Positions 1 through 8,459 of a stretch of 62,911 nucleotides of DNA are shown in pieces (position 1 is the stretch's first letter; every line of letters starts with the position of its first letter). Source of the DNA: a virus; the IMG/VR virus record IMGVR_UViG_3300045988_079349; one strand, 5' to 3'. A program made the position numbers and the translations under genes. A model generated the notes under the pieces. It had not been told where the DNA came from, did no database searches, and saw nothing but the letters and a program-made list of their open reading frames with translations.

Positions 1-84
1 CCGGCGCGAGCCCGTGGCTGTAGCTGTAGGAGCCGTAGTTCGCAGACCCATCGCCGTAGACACCGCAAACGAGGTTCGAGGCCC
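1..84 (-). repeat. DGR variable repeat VR2
   Basis: ccggcgcgagcccgtggctgtagctgtagg... is about 84 nt collinear with the TR at 60135-60233. All roughly 20 mismatches fall where the TR has T on the plus strand (A on the coding minus strand). The GC-rich 3' block GGGCTCGCGCCGG is identical to the one in the TR (IMH-like). Confidence 0.75.
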
Positions 85-448
85 AATTATCCTTTTCGGG
101 ACTTCCCCAAGGGGTAACCAACCAGAACGAATTCTTGATATGAGGAGTCAGAATATGATTGTACTTTCGGTATTCATCGAAAGTAAGGGGCGCGACAGTA
201 GTATTTAGTGTGCCGTACCCTTTATATCCATCCATTGCGGTGAGATCGACATCACGGGCGATAGCCTTGATACCGGTATTTTTAAACCAAGACTCAATGG
301 TCTTCCGCGAACCACTCTCTTTATAGTTATTGGAGTCTCCAAAAACAGAATAAATTTCTACCTCAAGGGCAATCACGAAGGGATTACCATTAATTTCGTC
401 AAGAACGAGGCACTTTACTCCATTTACAGTAATAGTTTCACCAATCAT
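1..448 (-). CDS. DGR target protein 2 (C-terminal C-type-lectin-fold carrying VR2); 3' end runs off the window start
   Basis: Minus-strand ATG near 446-448 (MIGETITVNGVKCLVLDEINGNPF...) reads without any stop to position 1. The C-terminus ...WLVTPWGSPEKDNWASNLVCGVYGDGSANYGSYSYSHGLAP aligns codon-for-codon with VR1 and with the AAC-rich TR. It is absent from the ORF track only because no stop lies inside the window. Confidence 0.7.
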   Translation of the reverse strand, partial: MIGETITVNGVKCLVLDEINGNPFVIALEVEIYSVFGDSNNYKESGSRKTIESWFKNTGIKAIARDVDLTAMDGYKGYGTLNTTVAPLTFDEYRKYNHILTPHIKNSFWLVTPWGSPEKDNWASNLVCGVYGDGSANYGSYSYSHGLAP

Positions 449-464
449 GTTATTTCTTCCTTTC

Positions 465-650
465 TTAATTAGCAAATTCTTCAACCATGCGGAATAACAT
501 TTCAACTTCATCATCAGTTATATTTTCTAGGAAAATTCCATATTTGCGGCAGATCTTAGCTTGTAGGTCAAAGTCATCTTGCGCTTCTGGGGTTTTAGCA
601 AGTTCTCTTGCCGCTAACTCGAAGGAGCCTGTATAGATAAGAAATGACAT
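465..650 (-). CDS. hypothetical small protein (61 aa)
   Basis: ORF track; immediately upstream of target 2 in an apparent operon. Confidence 0.45.
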   Translation of the reverse strand: MSFLIYTGSFELAARELAKTPEAQDDFDLQAKICRKYGIFLENITDDEVEMLFRMVEEFAN

Positions 651-652
651 AT

Positions 653-1090
653 TTATTTCCTCTTCTCTATAGAGTCGAATTCGTGAATTAGAATGGCTCC
701 ATCAGAGATCTTTTCTGCGCAAGTAATGTGTTTGATTTCATATTTACTTTCATCGGGGCAATAAATAATATGCCCACTTTTCAGCAAAGAAAGAAAGTCA
801 CTTTGATAATAGATATTGCCTCCGTGCTCGTTGCAAACTTTGAGACAAATTTTATATCCTTTATCAACAGAGTAAAGTTCATCCACATCATTATTTACTT
901 CGCATAGCCGCCAAGTCGGATCTCCATTATTTATACTAATTCCGAGAACCGGGATAGGACTATAAGTTTCTTGGATAGCAAAGAATTTAGCTCTTTTGAG
1001 CTGATCAGTGTCAGAAAAATCGAGGAACTCACAAATTTTTACAGTAGAGTTCTTATATCCTTTTGTCTCAACTAGCTTACTAATCTCCAT
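653..1090 (-). CDS. hypothetical protein (145 aa)
   Basis: ORF track; its stop abuts the start of the next gene. Confidence 0.5.
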   Translation of the reverse strand: MEISKLVETKGYKNSTVKICEFLDFSDTDQLKRAKFFAIQETYSPIPVLGISINNGDPTWRLCEVNNDVDELYSVDKGYKICLKVCNEHGGNIYYQSDFLSLLKSGHIIYCPDESKYEIKHITCAEKISDGAILIHEFDSIEKRK

Positions 1091-1139
1091 GACTTTACTT
1101 CCTTTCTTACTTTCTATATATATTATATAATATTTTTAT

Positions 1140-1180
1140 AAAAAAATAAAGACTCCCTTAAAAGGGAGTCTTTATTTACT
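1140..1180. terminator. bidirectional intrinsic terminator
   Basis: Perfect hairpin AGACTCCCTT-aa-AAGGGAGTCT flanked by an A-run on one side and a T-run on the other; lies 3' of the minus gene 1176..1694. Confidence 0.55.
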
Positions 1181-1694
1181 CAAGGCTAATGCCATATCCA
1201 TCTTGGATAAATGACCCTTCTGGAATATAGATATTATATTCTGTAGACCAAGAGCCAAACAAAACATTTAGGACGGGATTTTTAAAGCGGACAGTGTTTT
1301 CTGTTGCATATGGAGCGTCGGAAGTTTCTTGAATGTAAGTTTTATCTGCTTTAATAGACTTTGAAGTGATGCCTTTATCCGTTTGATATAGGAACGAATA
1401 GCAAAGTCCATCTTCTGAACTAAAGTTATCACTTAGTGCGATAATATCATAGGTTGCGATAGTTTCTGCTGAATAGGTTTCGGGGTTTGCACATTCAATG
1501 ATGAATACGCATACTACGAGTGATAGAAATGTTAGAAATATAGAGCCAAACATGGAAAAGAGTGAGCATACTATATACTCGATAATGCTGTCACAACCTG
1601 CGAGCAAAAAGATGAGCAGCATAATACAGAAAGCAATAGGTAGAATAATAGGTAGCATTACATTAACCTCCTTTATATATAAATATAATACCAT
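1176..1694 (-). CDS. hypothetical membrane protein (N-terminal TM helices)
   Basis: ORF track; strongly hydrophobic N-terminal half (LPIILPIAFCIMLLIFLLAGC...). Confidence 0.5.
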   Translation of the reverse strand: MVLYLYIKEVNVMLPIILPIAFCIMLLIFLLAGCDSIIEYIVCSLFSMFGSIFLTFLSLVVCVFIIECANPETYSAETIATYDIIALSDNFSSEDGLCYSFLYQTDKGITSKSIKADKTYIQETSDAPYATENTVRFKNPVLNVLFGSWSTEYNIYIPEGSFIQDGYGISLE

Positions 1695-1897
1695 ATAAAA
1701 TATACAATTTCAAATGCGGGAGGGCATACAACGAATCGTCATAATTTCTCACGGATGCGGGAAAATTTTAGGCAAGAAAATTGCCAGTCCGCAGTTGTTA
1801 TATTGTTTATTTTTTTAGAAAAAAGTTTAACAAATTTTAGGACAAAGCAGAAAAATTATGGTATAATAAAAGTGAAATATAGTAGAGAGGTGATAAT

Positions 1898-2041
1898 ATG
1901 AATTATTCGACTGTTTCTGTTAGATTAACAGAGGAAGAAAAAAAGACTTTAGAAGAGTTTGCGAAGGATAGAGATTTAACTATGTCGCAAGTAATTAGAA
2001 AAGCAGTAAAAGAATATATAGAAAACCATTCGAACGACTAA
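1898..2041 (+). CDS. ribbon-helix-helix (CopG/Arc-like) DNA-binding protein, 47 aa
   Basis: MNYSTVSVRLTEEEKKTLEEFAKDRDLTMSQVIRKAVKEYIENHSND; GAGAGGTG RBS; TGgTATAAT extended -10 about 35 nt upstream. Confidence 0.6.
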   Translation: MNYSTVSVRLTEEEKKTLEEFAKDRDLTMSQVIRKAVKEYIENHSND

Positions 2042-2057
2042 AGGAGACGAAAACAAA

Positions 2058-2276
2058 ATGACTAATAATTATAAGGTTTTTACTTTGAAGTTAGCTAGAA
2101 AGCTATGTGAGTTGGGATTTAAGGTTGTTGGAACAGCACCAAATGCTTAGAAACCTTGGTTAAATGTTTATCTTTTTGAAGATACTTAGGAATTAAGAGA
2201 AGCGATTGAGAAATATAAGGGACAAAGTTCGCTATTGGAGGATGATTGCCATGGCAGACAAAAGAAGAAGTCCTAA
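2058..2276 (+). CDS. small phage protein (DUF5659-like) read through two in-frame TAG codons
   Basis: AAGGAGA RBS then ATG. MTNNYKVFTLKLARKLCELGFKVVGTAPNA[TAG]KPWLNVYLFEDT[TAG]ELREAIEKYKGQSS...KKS then TAA. The family resemblance continues past both TAGs. Confidence 0.5.
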
Positions 2277-2427
2277 TTAGCGAACAGTAAGTCATATTCA
2301 TAAAGAGCCTTGTAATACTAATAATATATATGCTAGAATTAATAAGGATGCTTTATTTGCGGCGAGAAGAGAACTTAGTGATGGTGAGTTTTCTTTATGG
2401 ATATTTTTTGCTAGTTAGTCAGAGAAG

Positions 2428-2640
2428 TTGACAGATTATGATTTTGGCCCTACTATTATTGAGAGGGAGTTGGGTATAAAGAAAGCTAAATATACAAATG
2501 CAATAGAAGGATTGGTAGAAAAAGGGTATTTGATTCCTCTTGAGAAGAAGGGGTATTACGATTTTTACGAAGTTCCTAAAATTATTGACGAGGATAAATA
2601 TAATTATGTCGCTCCTAACGGAGAAAAATTTTCGTTTTAA
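2428..2640 (+). CDS. winged-helix DNA-binding protein (replication-initiator/RepA_N-like); N-terminus may extend upstream through TAG codons
   Basis: ORF track (TTG start). The upstream in-frame stretch KDALFAARRELSDGEFSLWIFFAS[TAG]SEKLTDYD... looks like the start of a Rep_N/wHTH domain but has no canonical start codon. Confidence 0.4.
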   Translation: MTDYDFGPTIIERELGIKKAKYTNAIEGLVEKGYLIPLEKKGYYDFYEVPKIIDEDKYNYVAPNGEKFSF

Positions 2641-2649
2641 TTTTCATGT

Positions 2650-2875
2650 ATTTCTGAGAATACCATGAATTTCATAGTATTGTGAGAAACCTATGAAATC
2701 ATGTATTTGTTGGAAAGCTATGAAAATTTCATAGTATTCTGACAATACTATGATTTTAATTGAAAGATTTATTTCATGGTATTCCAACAATACTATGACA
2801 TGGTTTTCTGACAATACCATGAAAGTAAATAAAAATCCATTTCATGGTATTCTGACAATACCATAAATATAACAT
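2650..2875. promoter_or_regulatory. array of at least four ~27-bp palindromic operator-like sites (TTCATGGTATTCTGACAATACCATGAA and variants)
   Basis: Inverted-repeat half-sites CATGGTATT/AATACCATG (variant CATAGTATT) recur at about 2655, 2715, 2775, 2800 and 2838, between the wHTH gene and the small gene at 2955. Confidence 0.55.
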
Positions 2876-2954
2876 ATATATAAGATAACAAAGAAAAGAT
2901 AACAGCGACTTTTTCATGTATTTGTGAGAAAGCGATGGATAGAGGAGAATAATC

Positions 2955-3104
2955 ATGGAAAATTTTCAAAAGTGGAAGGATATTCAAGGAAGTATAGATG
3001 GGACGATGGGAGCAAATGATTTAGAAAATCGAATTGAAAAGCTGGAAGAAGGTTTTAGAAAAATCGAATCAAAAATTAAAGGGAAAAGTCAAGAAGAAGA
3101 GTAA
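2955..3104 (+). CDS. small coiled-coil protein (~49 aa)
   Basis: AGGAGA RBS; MENFQKWKDIQGSIDGTMGANDLENRIEKLEEGFRKIESKIKGKSQEEE. Confidence 0.45.
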   Translation: MENFQKWKDIQGSIDGTMGANDLENRIEKLEEGFRKIESKIKGKSQEEE

Positions 3105-3390
3105 TGGGTAGGGTAAGAGAGATTAATAGAGGTAGAGGAAAAGGGATTATTGAATCTATATGAGGATTCGAGTTAGATTACAAGCGAAGCCATAAGAAAG
3201 TGGATAGACTATAGGGAGAATATAAGTAAAATTGGAGAAAATTAGAAGAATAGTAGAGAAAATTGGAGAAATAGTAGAGTTGGGTGCCGATCGGGTCTAG
3301 GTACAACCATCACAACACTCGTCAAAACGATCGTAAACCTAGGCTTCCGCGATTCTTCTACTTCTTTCCTCTTGTTTAATAGCAATAAAA

Positions 3391-3415
3391 AAAGAGAGGT
3401 ATCTCTACCTCTCTT
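3391..3415 (-). terminator. intrinsic terminator for gene 3416..3889
   Basis: Hairpin AGAGAGGTA-tct-CTACCTCTCT followed on the minus strand by TTTTTTT. Confidence 0.55.
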
Positions 3416-3889
3416 TTATCTAAGCCCTCTCAAGAACTTAGCTACCACATCTTCATCATTGTTGCTCTTGATGGAAACGGAGACCGATTCATTTCGCATC
3501 TCCTGAATCGCCTTCTCAATTATCTTATCAAGCTCTTCCTCTGTCGCTGCAAGTGCATCATTGATATTATTCATCCCGACAATTCGGGCAGAAATACGAG
3601 CAGTCTCAGTGATAGCCTCTGCATATTTATTGATAGTATCAGCATCCCACTCAGGGTGAGAAGGAGCATAAATAAGAACTGCAAGCTGTCCGATATGCTC
3701 TGCATCAAGATGCTCATCATCAACAGCATTTAGAAAGTCGCACTCAATTTCATCCAAAGCTTGCTGACGAGCCTTCCGAACCTGATTCTGCTTATTAAAG
3801 ACATTTAGAGCATCAGTAAACTCCTTAGCAATATCGTCGAGAGACGCACCGCCATCAAGAGCACATTTAATCATATTAGTATAATCCAT
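3416..3889 (-). CDS. hypothetical acidic protein (157 aa)
   Basis: ORF track; A/G-rich RBS; promoter immediately upstream. Confidence 0.55.
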   Translation of the reverse strand: MDYTNMIKCALDGGASLDDIAKEFTDALNVFNKQNQVRKARQQALDEIECDFLNAVDDEHLDAEHIGQLAVLIYAPSHPEWDADTINKYAEAITETARISARIVGMNNINDALAATEEELDKIIEKAIQEMRNESVSVSIKSNNDEDVVAKFLRGLR

Positions 3890-3902
3890 GGAATATATTC
3901 CT

Positions 3903-3960
3903 CTTTTCTTTCCTTTTATATTTATATTATATAATATTATTTTATAAATTGCAACCGATC
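3903..3960 (-). promoter_or_regulatory. sigma70-like promoter (TTGCAA-17-TATAAT) for gene 3416..3889
   Basis: Reverse complement reads TTGCAAtttataaaataatattaTATAAT. Confidence 0.5.
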
Positions 3961-4600
3961 GGTCCTAGCTTAAAGATCTTTTATTCTAAAATAACTTCTC
4001 TGATTGAGGCATCGACTAGAAAATTCTTAGCTAGAGAATAAGTCTTTTTAATTGTATCTATAAAAGTATAGAAAGGGTGAACATCAAGAAGATTTGCTGA
4101 AAATGAGGCAAATTTTGCTAATTTTTAAGTAATTTTATTAGAAAAATGTGCGTTTTTGCTAGATTTTTAGAGAATTTTCGCTATATTAAGAGAAAAACAA
4201 GAGGAAAAACCTGCGGACCGATCGGTTTACCTAGCTAAAAGTAGAATTTTCTAGCTATTTTTATTATAAAATCTCGTTATTCCGATCGGCGCCGCGAAAA
4301 AATCTCTCGCTGGTATTTGTTTTTCATAGCAACATCTTTGCTATTGTTAGCTGTATAGGGGATAATGTTAGTCTTATGAACACTTGACAATTTTAAATTT
4401 TTTTATTATAAAAAATGGACGAGAAAGCCGCTATTGCTGGACCGATCGGGATAAGATAGAAAACCGATCGGGTTATAATATAATTTTGGGAGATTCTAGA
4501 CTAAGTTGCGTTATGGCCAACTTGCTATGAAAATTTTGCGCTATGGTCCGATCGGGGAAATTCGGGCCGAGTCGCCCGCGACCGGCCCGCCCGCATATTG
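3950..4600. other. ~650-bp AT-rich noncoding region with seven CCGATCGG palindromes and TTTTGCTA-like iterons; candidate replication origin or regulatory hub
   Basis: CCGATCGG occurs at about 3297, 3955, 4217, 4283, 4441, 4465 and 4548. Repeats such as aattttgctaat, gtttttgctagat and aattttcgctata occur at roughly helical spacing. No ORF longer than 60 aa. Confidence 0.35.
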
Positions 4601-4634
4601 GGATAAAAAAACCACCCCATTTCTGGGGTGGTTC
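4600..4634 (-). terminator. intrinsic terminator
   Basis: Minus strand reads CCACCCCAGAAATGGGGTGG followed by TTTTTTT. Confidence 0.6.
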
Positions 4635-4637
4635 TTG

Positions 4638-4990
4638 TTAGCTTAGAATAACCGGGTATGCTTTGCGGATAATGACTGTTACCATGCGCGGGGGCGTGTT
4701 ACAGAGAAAACGGTCATTCCTGATAAAATGTCCAATTCCCATATTCTGCCACAAAGTCCGGTTCAAGTCCTCATACCGCAAAGTATTATACTTAGATAGC
4801 CGGATATACCAATCATAGGTAAAAGCACTATCCGCAGGCATGGTATAATCTCTTGCCCGTTTATAGTTTCTCGTATGCTCGGCGGCTCGTCTTGCAAGGT
4901 CGTTTGTCGTGCCAATCTTGAGAATATAGCGTCCCTTTACGTCTACATAATGTCCGACGTATAGAAACTCCTTCTCCCGTGTCTGCGTGC
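4638..4990 (-). CDS. GIY-YIG / T5orf172-like domain protein; start codon unclear (possible pseudogene or non-canonical initiation)
   Basis: ...EKEFLYVGHYVDVKGRYILKIGTTNDLARRAAEHTRNY... in frame with the track ORF 4638..4841. No ATG, GTG or TTG lies in frame upstream of the motif before a TAA at about 5045. Confidence 0.4.
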
Positions 4991-5044
4991 TAACTATGAG
5001 ATACCTCTTTTCCGGTAGGGCCGGGGTAGGCCAGCCCTACCCCG

Positions 5045-5362
5045 TTATTTCTTAGGCTTCCGCTTTTGGACGAGCGTTAGCTCGAAACTGTCCCCACCGA
5101 TAGAAAACGCAATTTGGCGTTCCTTGTTTGTTATAGCAAGGTCAACAATCGAAAATTGACTGTTTTTCTCCAAAAACTCCGCCAACTCTGCGATTATGCC
5201 GCCTTTAGTTGCGTTTGGTTTGCGTTGCCGTGGTGTAAACTTGTAGGCGGTAGGGGTTTTCCTTGTGCCAGCGTGGGCGAATTTCTGCGCGATTTTCGCT
5301 TTATCGGGCGATAAATCGTATTGCGTTTTTTCGCCAGCTTCCACCGCCTTGTCATAGGCCAA
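5045..5362 (-). CDS. hypothetical basic protein (105 aa)
   Basis: ORF track. Confidence 0.5.
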   Translation of the reverse strand: MAYDKAVEAGEKTQYDLSPDKAKIAQKFAHAGTRKTPTAYKFTPRQRKPNATKGGIIAELAEFLEKNSQFSIVDLAITNKERQIAFSIGGDSFELTLVQKRKPKK

Positions 5363-5499
5363 TAGCTCCGCCTCCTCCTCTGGTGTCAGTTGGAGAGGCT
5401 TATATCTCGATAACCTCTCGGCGTCAGTGATACGGCTCGATATAGTCTCACCCCCTAAGATAGAGTAGGGCGGGGATTTTCGCCCCGCCCTATACGGGG

Positions 5500-5901
5500 T
5501 TACGCCATCTTAAAGAGAGACTTGCCCTTCTTCTCCTGACAGGTCACACGGCCGTCCAGCTTGAGCATCCGCACAAGGGCGGCGGCCTTCTGAGTGGAGA
5601 AAGCGGCCAGAGAGGGCACAGACTTGAAAATGTCGGTACAGGTCACGCCGTCGGTGTCATCGGGCAGGCCGGCCAGATACTCCATAATCTGCTCCTTCAG
5701 GCTCTCGTTCTCCTGCTGGGTCGGGGTCAGCTTCTTGTCACCGCCGGAGCTATTCTTCTTCCGCAACAGCTCCAGCTCATGGTCAATGACGGTCATGGCA
5801 ATCTCCATGGTTGTGCCATGCTTCACCTCCTCACCAGCCAAGAGGGCCTTAATGTCCTCGAAACGCTGGGCCTTAGTGATACGGATTTTCTTCTCGCTCA
5901 T
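5500..5901 (-). CDS. hypothetical protein (133 aa)
   Basis: ORF track; transcribed from the tandem promoter array upstream. Confidence 0.5.
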   Translation of the reverse strand: MSEKKIRITKAQRFEDIKALLAGEEVKHGTTMEIAMTVIDHELELLRKKNSSGGDKKLTPTQQENESLKEQIMEYLAGLPDDTDGVTCTDIFKSVPSLAAFSTQKAAALVRMLKLDGRVTCQEKKGKSLFKMA

Positions 5902-5934
5902 GGTAATACATCCTTTCTGGTTTTTAGGACTGTC

Positions 5935-6260
5935 CTTGTCCTTTGATTATATTGTACCACACTATCGGGAGTTTGTCAAGAGGTTTTTCAAACTTTTTTC
6001 AAGAGCTTTTGCCCTTTACTTGTTTGCCCTCTCTCGTTCCCCTTATAGTGTAACACACTTTGGAGAGTTTGTCAAGCCCTTTTTTATTCACTTTTCAAGG
6101 TTCCTTGCCTTGTTTTCTGTACTTATTATAGCACACTCACAAGGGCTTGTCAAGAGGTTTTTTGAAAGATTTTTGAAAGTTCGCTGTCGCTGTCTACCGT
6201 TCGTCTCTCTCACTTTCTGTACTTATTGTACCACACCACAAAGCGGATTTCAATTGTGAG
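5935..6260 (-). promoter_or_regulatory. tandem array of three (plus one degenerate) sigma70 promoters with extended -10, carried on ~85-bp direct repeats
   Basis: Minus-strand reads: TTGACAaactcccgatagtgtgGTACAAT; TTGACAaactctccaaagtgtgtTACACT; TTGACAagcccttgtgagtgtgcTATAAT. The plus-strand ORF 5594..6259 is an artefact of this repeat. Confidence 0.6.
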
Positions 6261-6424
6261 GTCCTCCAAAAGAACGTGATTTTGGGATAGGGTTTTTGTG
6301 CAAAATGTTGCACAAAACGGAATCAAATTTTTTGTGCAACATTTACAAGGAAAAAATCGGGTCGCGCCGCCCATGCGCGACCCGCCAAAATATAAAACAA
6401 AAAAAGAATGCCGAAGCCCTCTTT

Positions 6425-6606
6425 TTATCCGAAAAGGCAGTTATCTAAAAAGTCGAACAGGTGTTCATCCTCGGCGGGGATGGATACCAGTATATCCCCG
6501 TTTTCATCGGGTTCATCATGGCTCCATCCCATACGCTTGATGATTTCAAGCGCCGTGAAAACGGCATCGGGACAAAGGGAAGAAGTATATACAATTCTTG
6601 TTTGCA
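6425..6606 (-). CDS. hypothetical small protein (~60 aa, MQTRIVYTSSLCPDAVF...)
   Basis: AGAAAGAGGG RBS then ATG; shorter than the track ORF 6425..6709. Confidence 0.4.
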
Positions 6607-6608
6607 TA

Positions 6609-6758
6609 TTTAACCCTCTTTCTTTGAGTAGAACTGGTCGGCATAAAACTGCATTTCTTTCTGCGTTACCTTGGAAAGCATGGCCTTGATGGTAAATACA
6701 TCTGGGCACGTCCGCTCAAGTAGGAAGCGAATAGCCTTATTCTTTAATCCCTGAAACA
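6609..6758 (-). CDS. hypothetical small protein (~49 aa, MFQGLKNKAIRFLLERT...)
   Basis: GAAGGAGAAATAAGAA RBS then ATG; its stop lies 2 nt before the next start. Confidence 0.4.
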
Positions 6759-6789
6759 TTTCTTATTTCTCCTTCTACCGGGCGGGGCA

Positions 6790-7614
6790 TTAAGCCCCGA
6801 CCCGGATTGTCGGAATCTGCCGCAAACTTGCGGAAAGCTGACGCTGAAAATCTGTCATGGGCGGAAACTCCCGCTTGTTCTCATACAGGGCCTTTCTCAT
6901 GGGCTTATGCTGGCGCATACAGTACCACATGATTTCCGCCTCAATCAGAACATCTTCCAGTCCCGTGTGGCTTTCCTCAAAATCAGTGTTGCCGGAGATA
7001 AACCGCCACACGATTTCCGCAGTCTTGCGGGGAACGCCATTAGCCTGCACATACCCGTGTTCCTCACAGAATTTCTTATAGGTGGGCATCTGGCAAATGA
7101 CATCTTGCGTCATTTTCATAATGTCCCAAATTTCCACGCTGTCAAATGGGAACCAATACCGGAATTTGGAACAAGTGACCCAACGCTGAGTGACCCGAAG
7201 GGCGTTATCATCGAAGCGGGCATTATATGCGGCGACCTCCTTAATGCCGTACCGCTCGATAGTGTCCAGCATGGCCTGACGGATTTCATAGGTAGTAGCC
7301 ATCTTGCGACTGCCAGCCCGCAATTCCTCTACATACCGGGGGATTTTCCAGTTATAGTAGGCCGTCCGCATGAGATCCCGTTCATCGTTGAAAATGTCCC
7401 GATTTACAAAACTTGCGGTTTCGTAAATATTGCCCTTGGTGTCTACGACCGCCCAGCCGCAATCATACACCAAAACATTTGACATATCCATACGGACACG
7501 CTCCGGGGTAATGATTTCCCCATCCTCCCCGATTTCAGCGGGGACAGTCTCGGTTAATGTGTTGGCGGTTTCTGTATCGACCACCAGCACATAATGTCGG
7601 CGTTTATCAATCAT
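6790..7614 (-). CDS. DEDDh-family 3'-5' exonuclease (DnaQ-like)
   Basis: Exo I YVLVVDTETAN, Exo II AYNARFDDNAL, Exo III HTGLEDVLIEAEIMWY; 274 aa with no TAG. Confidence 0.8.
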   Translation of the reverse strand: MIDKRRHYVLVVDTETANTLTETVPAEIGEDGEIITPERVRMDMSNVLVYDCGWAVVDTKGNIYETASFVNRDIFNDERDLMRTAYYNWKIPRYVEELRAGSRKMATTYEIRQAMLDTIERYGIKEVAAYNARFDDNALRVTQRWVTCSKFRYWFPFDSVEIWDIMKMTQDVICQMPTYKKFCEEHGYVQANGVPRKTAEIVWRFISGNTDFEESHTGLEDVLIEAEIMWYCMRQHKPMRKALYENKREFPPMTDFQRQLSASLRQIPTIRVGA

Positions 7615-7639
7615 AATCTATCAAGTCCTTTCTCCTCTT

Positions 7640-7870
7640 GATGGTATTATTATAGCATATTTTATGCTTGGTGTCAAGAGGAATTTTATATTTTTTTTCT
7701 CCGTTGAAAAAGGCGTCGCGATAACCTCTCTCACAAAAGGGACTCTTTACCCTACTCTGGAGAACTTTTTCCTTTCCTCCTGACATGATAATAATACCAT
7801 AATTTTGGGATAACTTCAAGATGGGATTTTGCACAAGATTTTCACTTGAAAATTGTGCAACATCACAACA
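7640..7870 (-). promoter_or_regulatory. proximal promoter (TTGACA-17-TATAAT) plus upstream operator/promoter module
   Basis: Minus reads TTGCACAA-N16-TTGTGCAA then TTGAAG-17-TGgTATTAT. This module is almost identical to the one at 9195-9290. Confidence 0.55.
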
Positions 7871-7876
7871 GAAAAA

Positions 7877-7955
7877 AATGCGGCCCGCGGCGTTCAAGCG
7901 CGGGCCGCTCAAGTTATGAAAAAAATAAAAGCGGGGTTTTCCCCGCTTTTATTTA
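7877..7955. terminator. GC-rich palindrome (GCGGCCCGCGgcgttcaaGCGCGGGCCGC) followed by a bidirectional terminator hairpin (AAAAGCGGGGttttCCCCGCTTTT)
   Basis: Perfect stems; the second hairpin is flanked by A-runs and T-runs. Confidence 0.5.
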
Positions 7956-8144
7956 ATCCCTATGAATTACGGTCTTGAAAATGCTCCTAAGGATGCAAAT
8001 GATAATCCAGATGCCGAAAGTGATTTTCCACGAGAAGGTGAGGGCAAACGCCCAACAGATGAGCCAGATCAGCAGGGCCGTGCCGAAGAAAGAAACCACA
8101 CAGGTGACAAGAACTATAAGGGCGGCAACGAGAAAAGCAAACAT
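7953..8144 (-). CDS. small two-TM membrane protein (63 aa)
   Basis: ORF track; AGGAAGGAGA RBS; hydrophobic throughout. Confidence 0.5.
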   Translation of the reverse strand: MFAFLVAALIVLVTCVVSFFGTALLIWLICWAFALTFSWKITFGIWIIICILRSIFKTVIHRD

Positions 8145-8153
8145 TTTTGAAAC

Positions 8154-8324
8154 ATCTCCTTCCTATCGGGAACGCCTTAAATGGCGTTCCCGACTTTAAA
8201 GCACTTGGCCGAAGGCGACCAAAGAGAACCGGCCTTGCGCTTGGCGTCAGAACGGGCGCGGTCAACATCCTTGCCCACACCCACGAACACATGGCCCGCC
8301 GCAGTCTTAAAGTAGAAATTCATC
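8154..8324 (-). CDS. hypothetical small protein (~56 aa, MMNFYFKTAAGHVFVGVGKDVDRARSDAKRKAGS...)
   Basis: AAAGGAAG RBS then ATGATG. A perfect hairpin GGGAACGCCttaaatGGCGTTCCC spans its stop. Preferred over the track ORF 7987..8292, which has no RBS. Confidence 0.35.
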
Positions 8325-8459
8325 ATAGTAAAGCTTCCTTTCTTTTATGAGGGTTATCCCCTCTTGATGATTAAATTATACCACAATGCGGTGAGATTGT
8401 CAAGAACTTTTTTACGTATTTTCCAGATATGGGGCGGGGATTTCACCCGCCCCTTTTAT

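Noticed and set aside
2774-2987. Two overlapping 60-64-aa minus-strand ORFs
   Set aside because: They are embedded in the palindromic operator array, so the open frame is a by-product of the repeats.
3100-3300. Purine-rich direct repeats (tagtagagaaaattggagaaa x2) as a gene or ncRNA
   Set aside because: No ORF with an RBS could be supported and no structural RNA was recognised. It is left unannotated.
5594-6259. 221-aa plus-strand ORF
   Set aside because: It lies entirely across the tandem ~85-bp promoter repeats. Its sequence is low-complexity and repeat-driven, there is no RBS, and it sits antisense to the promoter array.
7607-7912. 101-aa minus-strand ORF
   Set aside because: It spans the operator/promoter module and the proximal promoter of the exonuclease gene, with no convincing RBS. 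It is most likely a non-coding leader.
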